DNA from: Candidatus Methylomirabilales bacterium
GTDB lineage: Bacteria; Methylomirabilota; Methylomirabilia; Methylomirabilales; CSP1-5
Direction of reading: 5' to 3'
Length of the DNA stretch: 56,762 nucleotides
Assembly: GCA_041599135.1 (NCBI GenBank)
Contig: JBFHXD010000002.1
Span: 1 to 56,762, forward strand
Shown here: piece by piece, positions 56,728 through 56,762 of the stretch
How positions within the stretch are numbered: position 1 is the stretch's first letter
How the letters are laid out: each line of letters opens with the position of its first letter
Notes under the pieces: model-generated
Seen by the model: only the letters and a program-made list of their open reading frames with translations
The model's database searches: none
What the model was told of the DNA's origin: nothing
Translations under genes and position numbers: made by a program

Positions 56728-56762
56728 TCATCGGCTCTCCAGTTGGCGGATCTTGGCCACGA

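Noticed and set aside
56728-56762. Partial minus-strand CDS end (...VAKIRQLESR*) at the window edge
   Set aside because: Only 11 codons are visible, too few to call a product. It is mentioned only because its stop codon lies inside a repeat word.

Overview
This is a 56.8-kb high-GC bacterial chromosomal segment with about 60 genes, almost all on the minus strand. I recognise no rRNA, tRNA, CRISPR array or transposase. All family calls come from motifs read by eye in the supplied translations; no searches were run.

Left third (0-29 kb):
- CheY-like regulators, CBS and universal-stress proteins, and FtsH.
- A plus-strand TetR-controlled three-gene module resembling a 2-hydroxyacyl-CoA-dehydratase activase.
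- An Hsp20-PilZ pair.
- A PAS/GAF histidine kinase whose ANTAR response regulator is interrupted by an in-frame TAG.
- An operon of an APH-like kinase, an APS kinase and an archaeal-type SAM synthetase.
- Purine salvage genes (adenine deaminase, hpt).
- A TAXI-TRAP transporter.

Middle (29-38 kb): a compact TCA/ferredoxin block with mdh, a four-subunit 2-oxoacid:ferredoxin oxidoreductase, gltA, icd and an FprA-like ferredoxin-NADP reductase.

Right third (39-56.5 kb): a dense respiratory island.
- A Tat-exported molybdopterin oxidoreductase operon, preceded by a structured leader with mutually exclusive closing-helix and terminator pairings (a possible Moco-type ON riboswitch).
- An octaheme cytochrome, an outer-membrane beta-barrel and an HAO-like octaheme cytochrome.
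- A VKOR-thioredoxin fusion.
- Two roughly 8-9-heme cytochromes, one of them NapC/NirT-like.
- A triheme c7-type cytochrome and a dihaem cytochrome c.
- A Rieske/cytochrome b complex.

Most notable observations:
1. The VKOR-thioredoxin gene has an in-frame TGA exactly at the first Cys of the redox CxxC motif. The open, start-less reading frame continues for 69 more codons after the TGA, which makes it a candidate selenoprotein.
2. A roughly 105-bp direct repeat of that thioredoxin coding segment brackets the HAO-like gene.
3. The candidate riboswitch/attenuator sits upstream of the molybdoenzyme operon.
4. A 7-nt tandem repeat lies inside a multihaem cytochrome gene.
5. A family of short word-like repeats recurs in several intergenic spacers.
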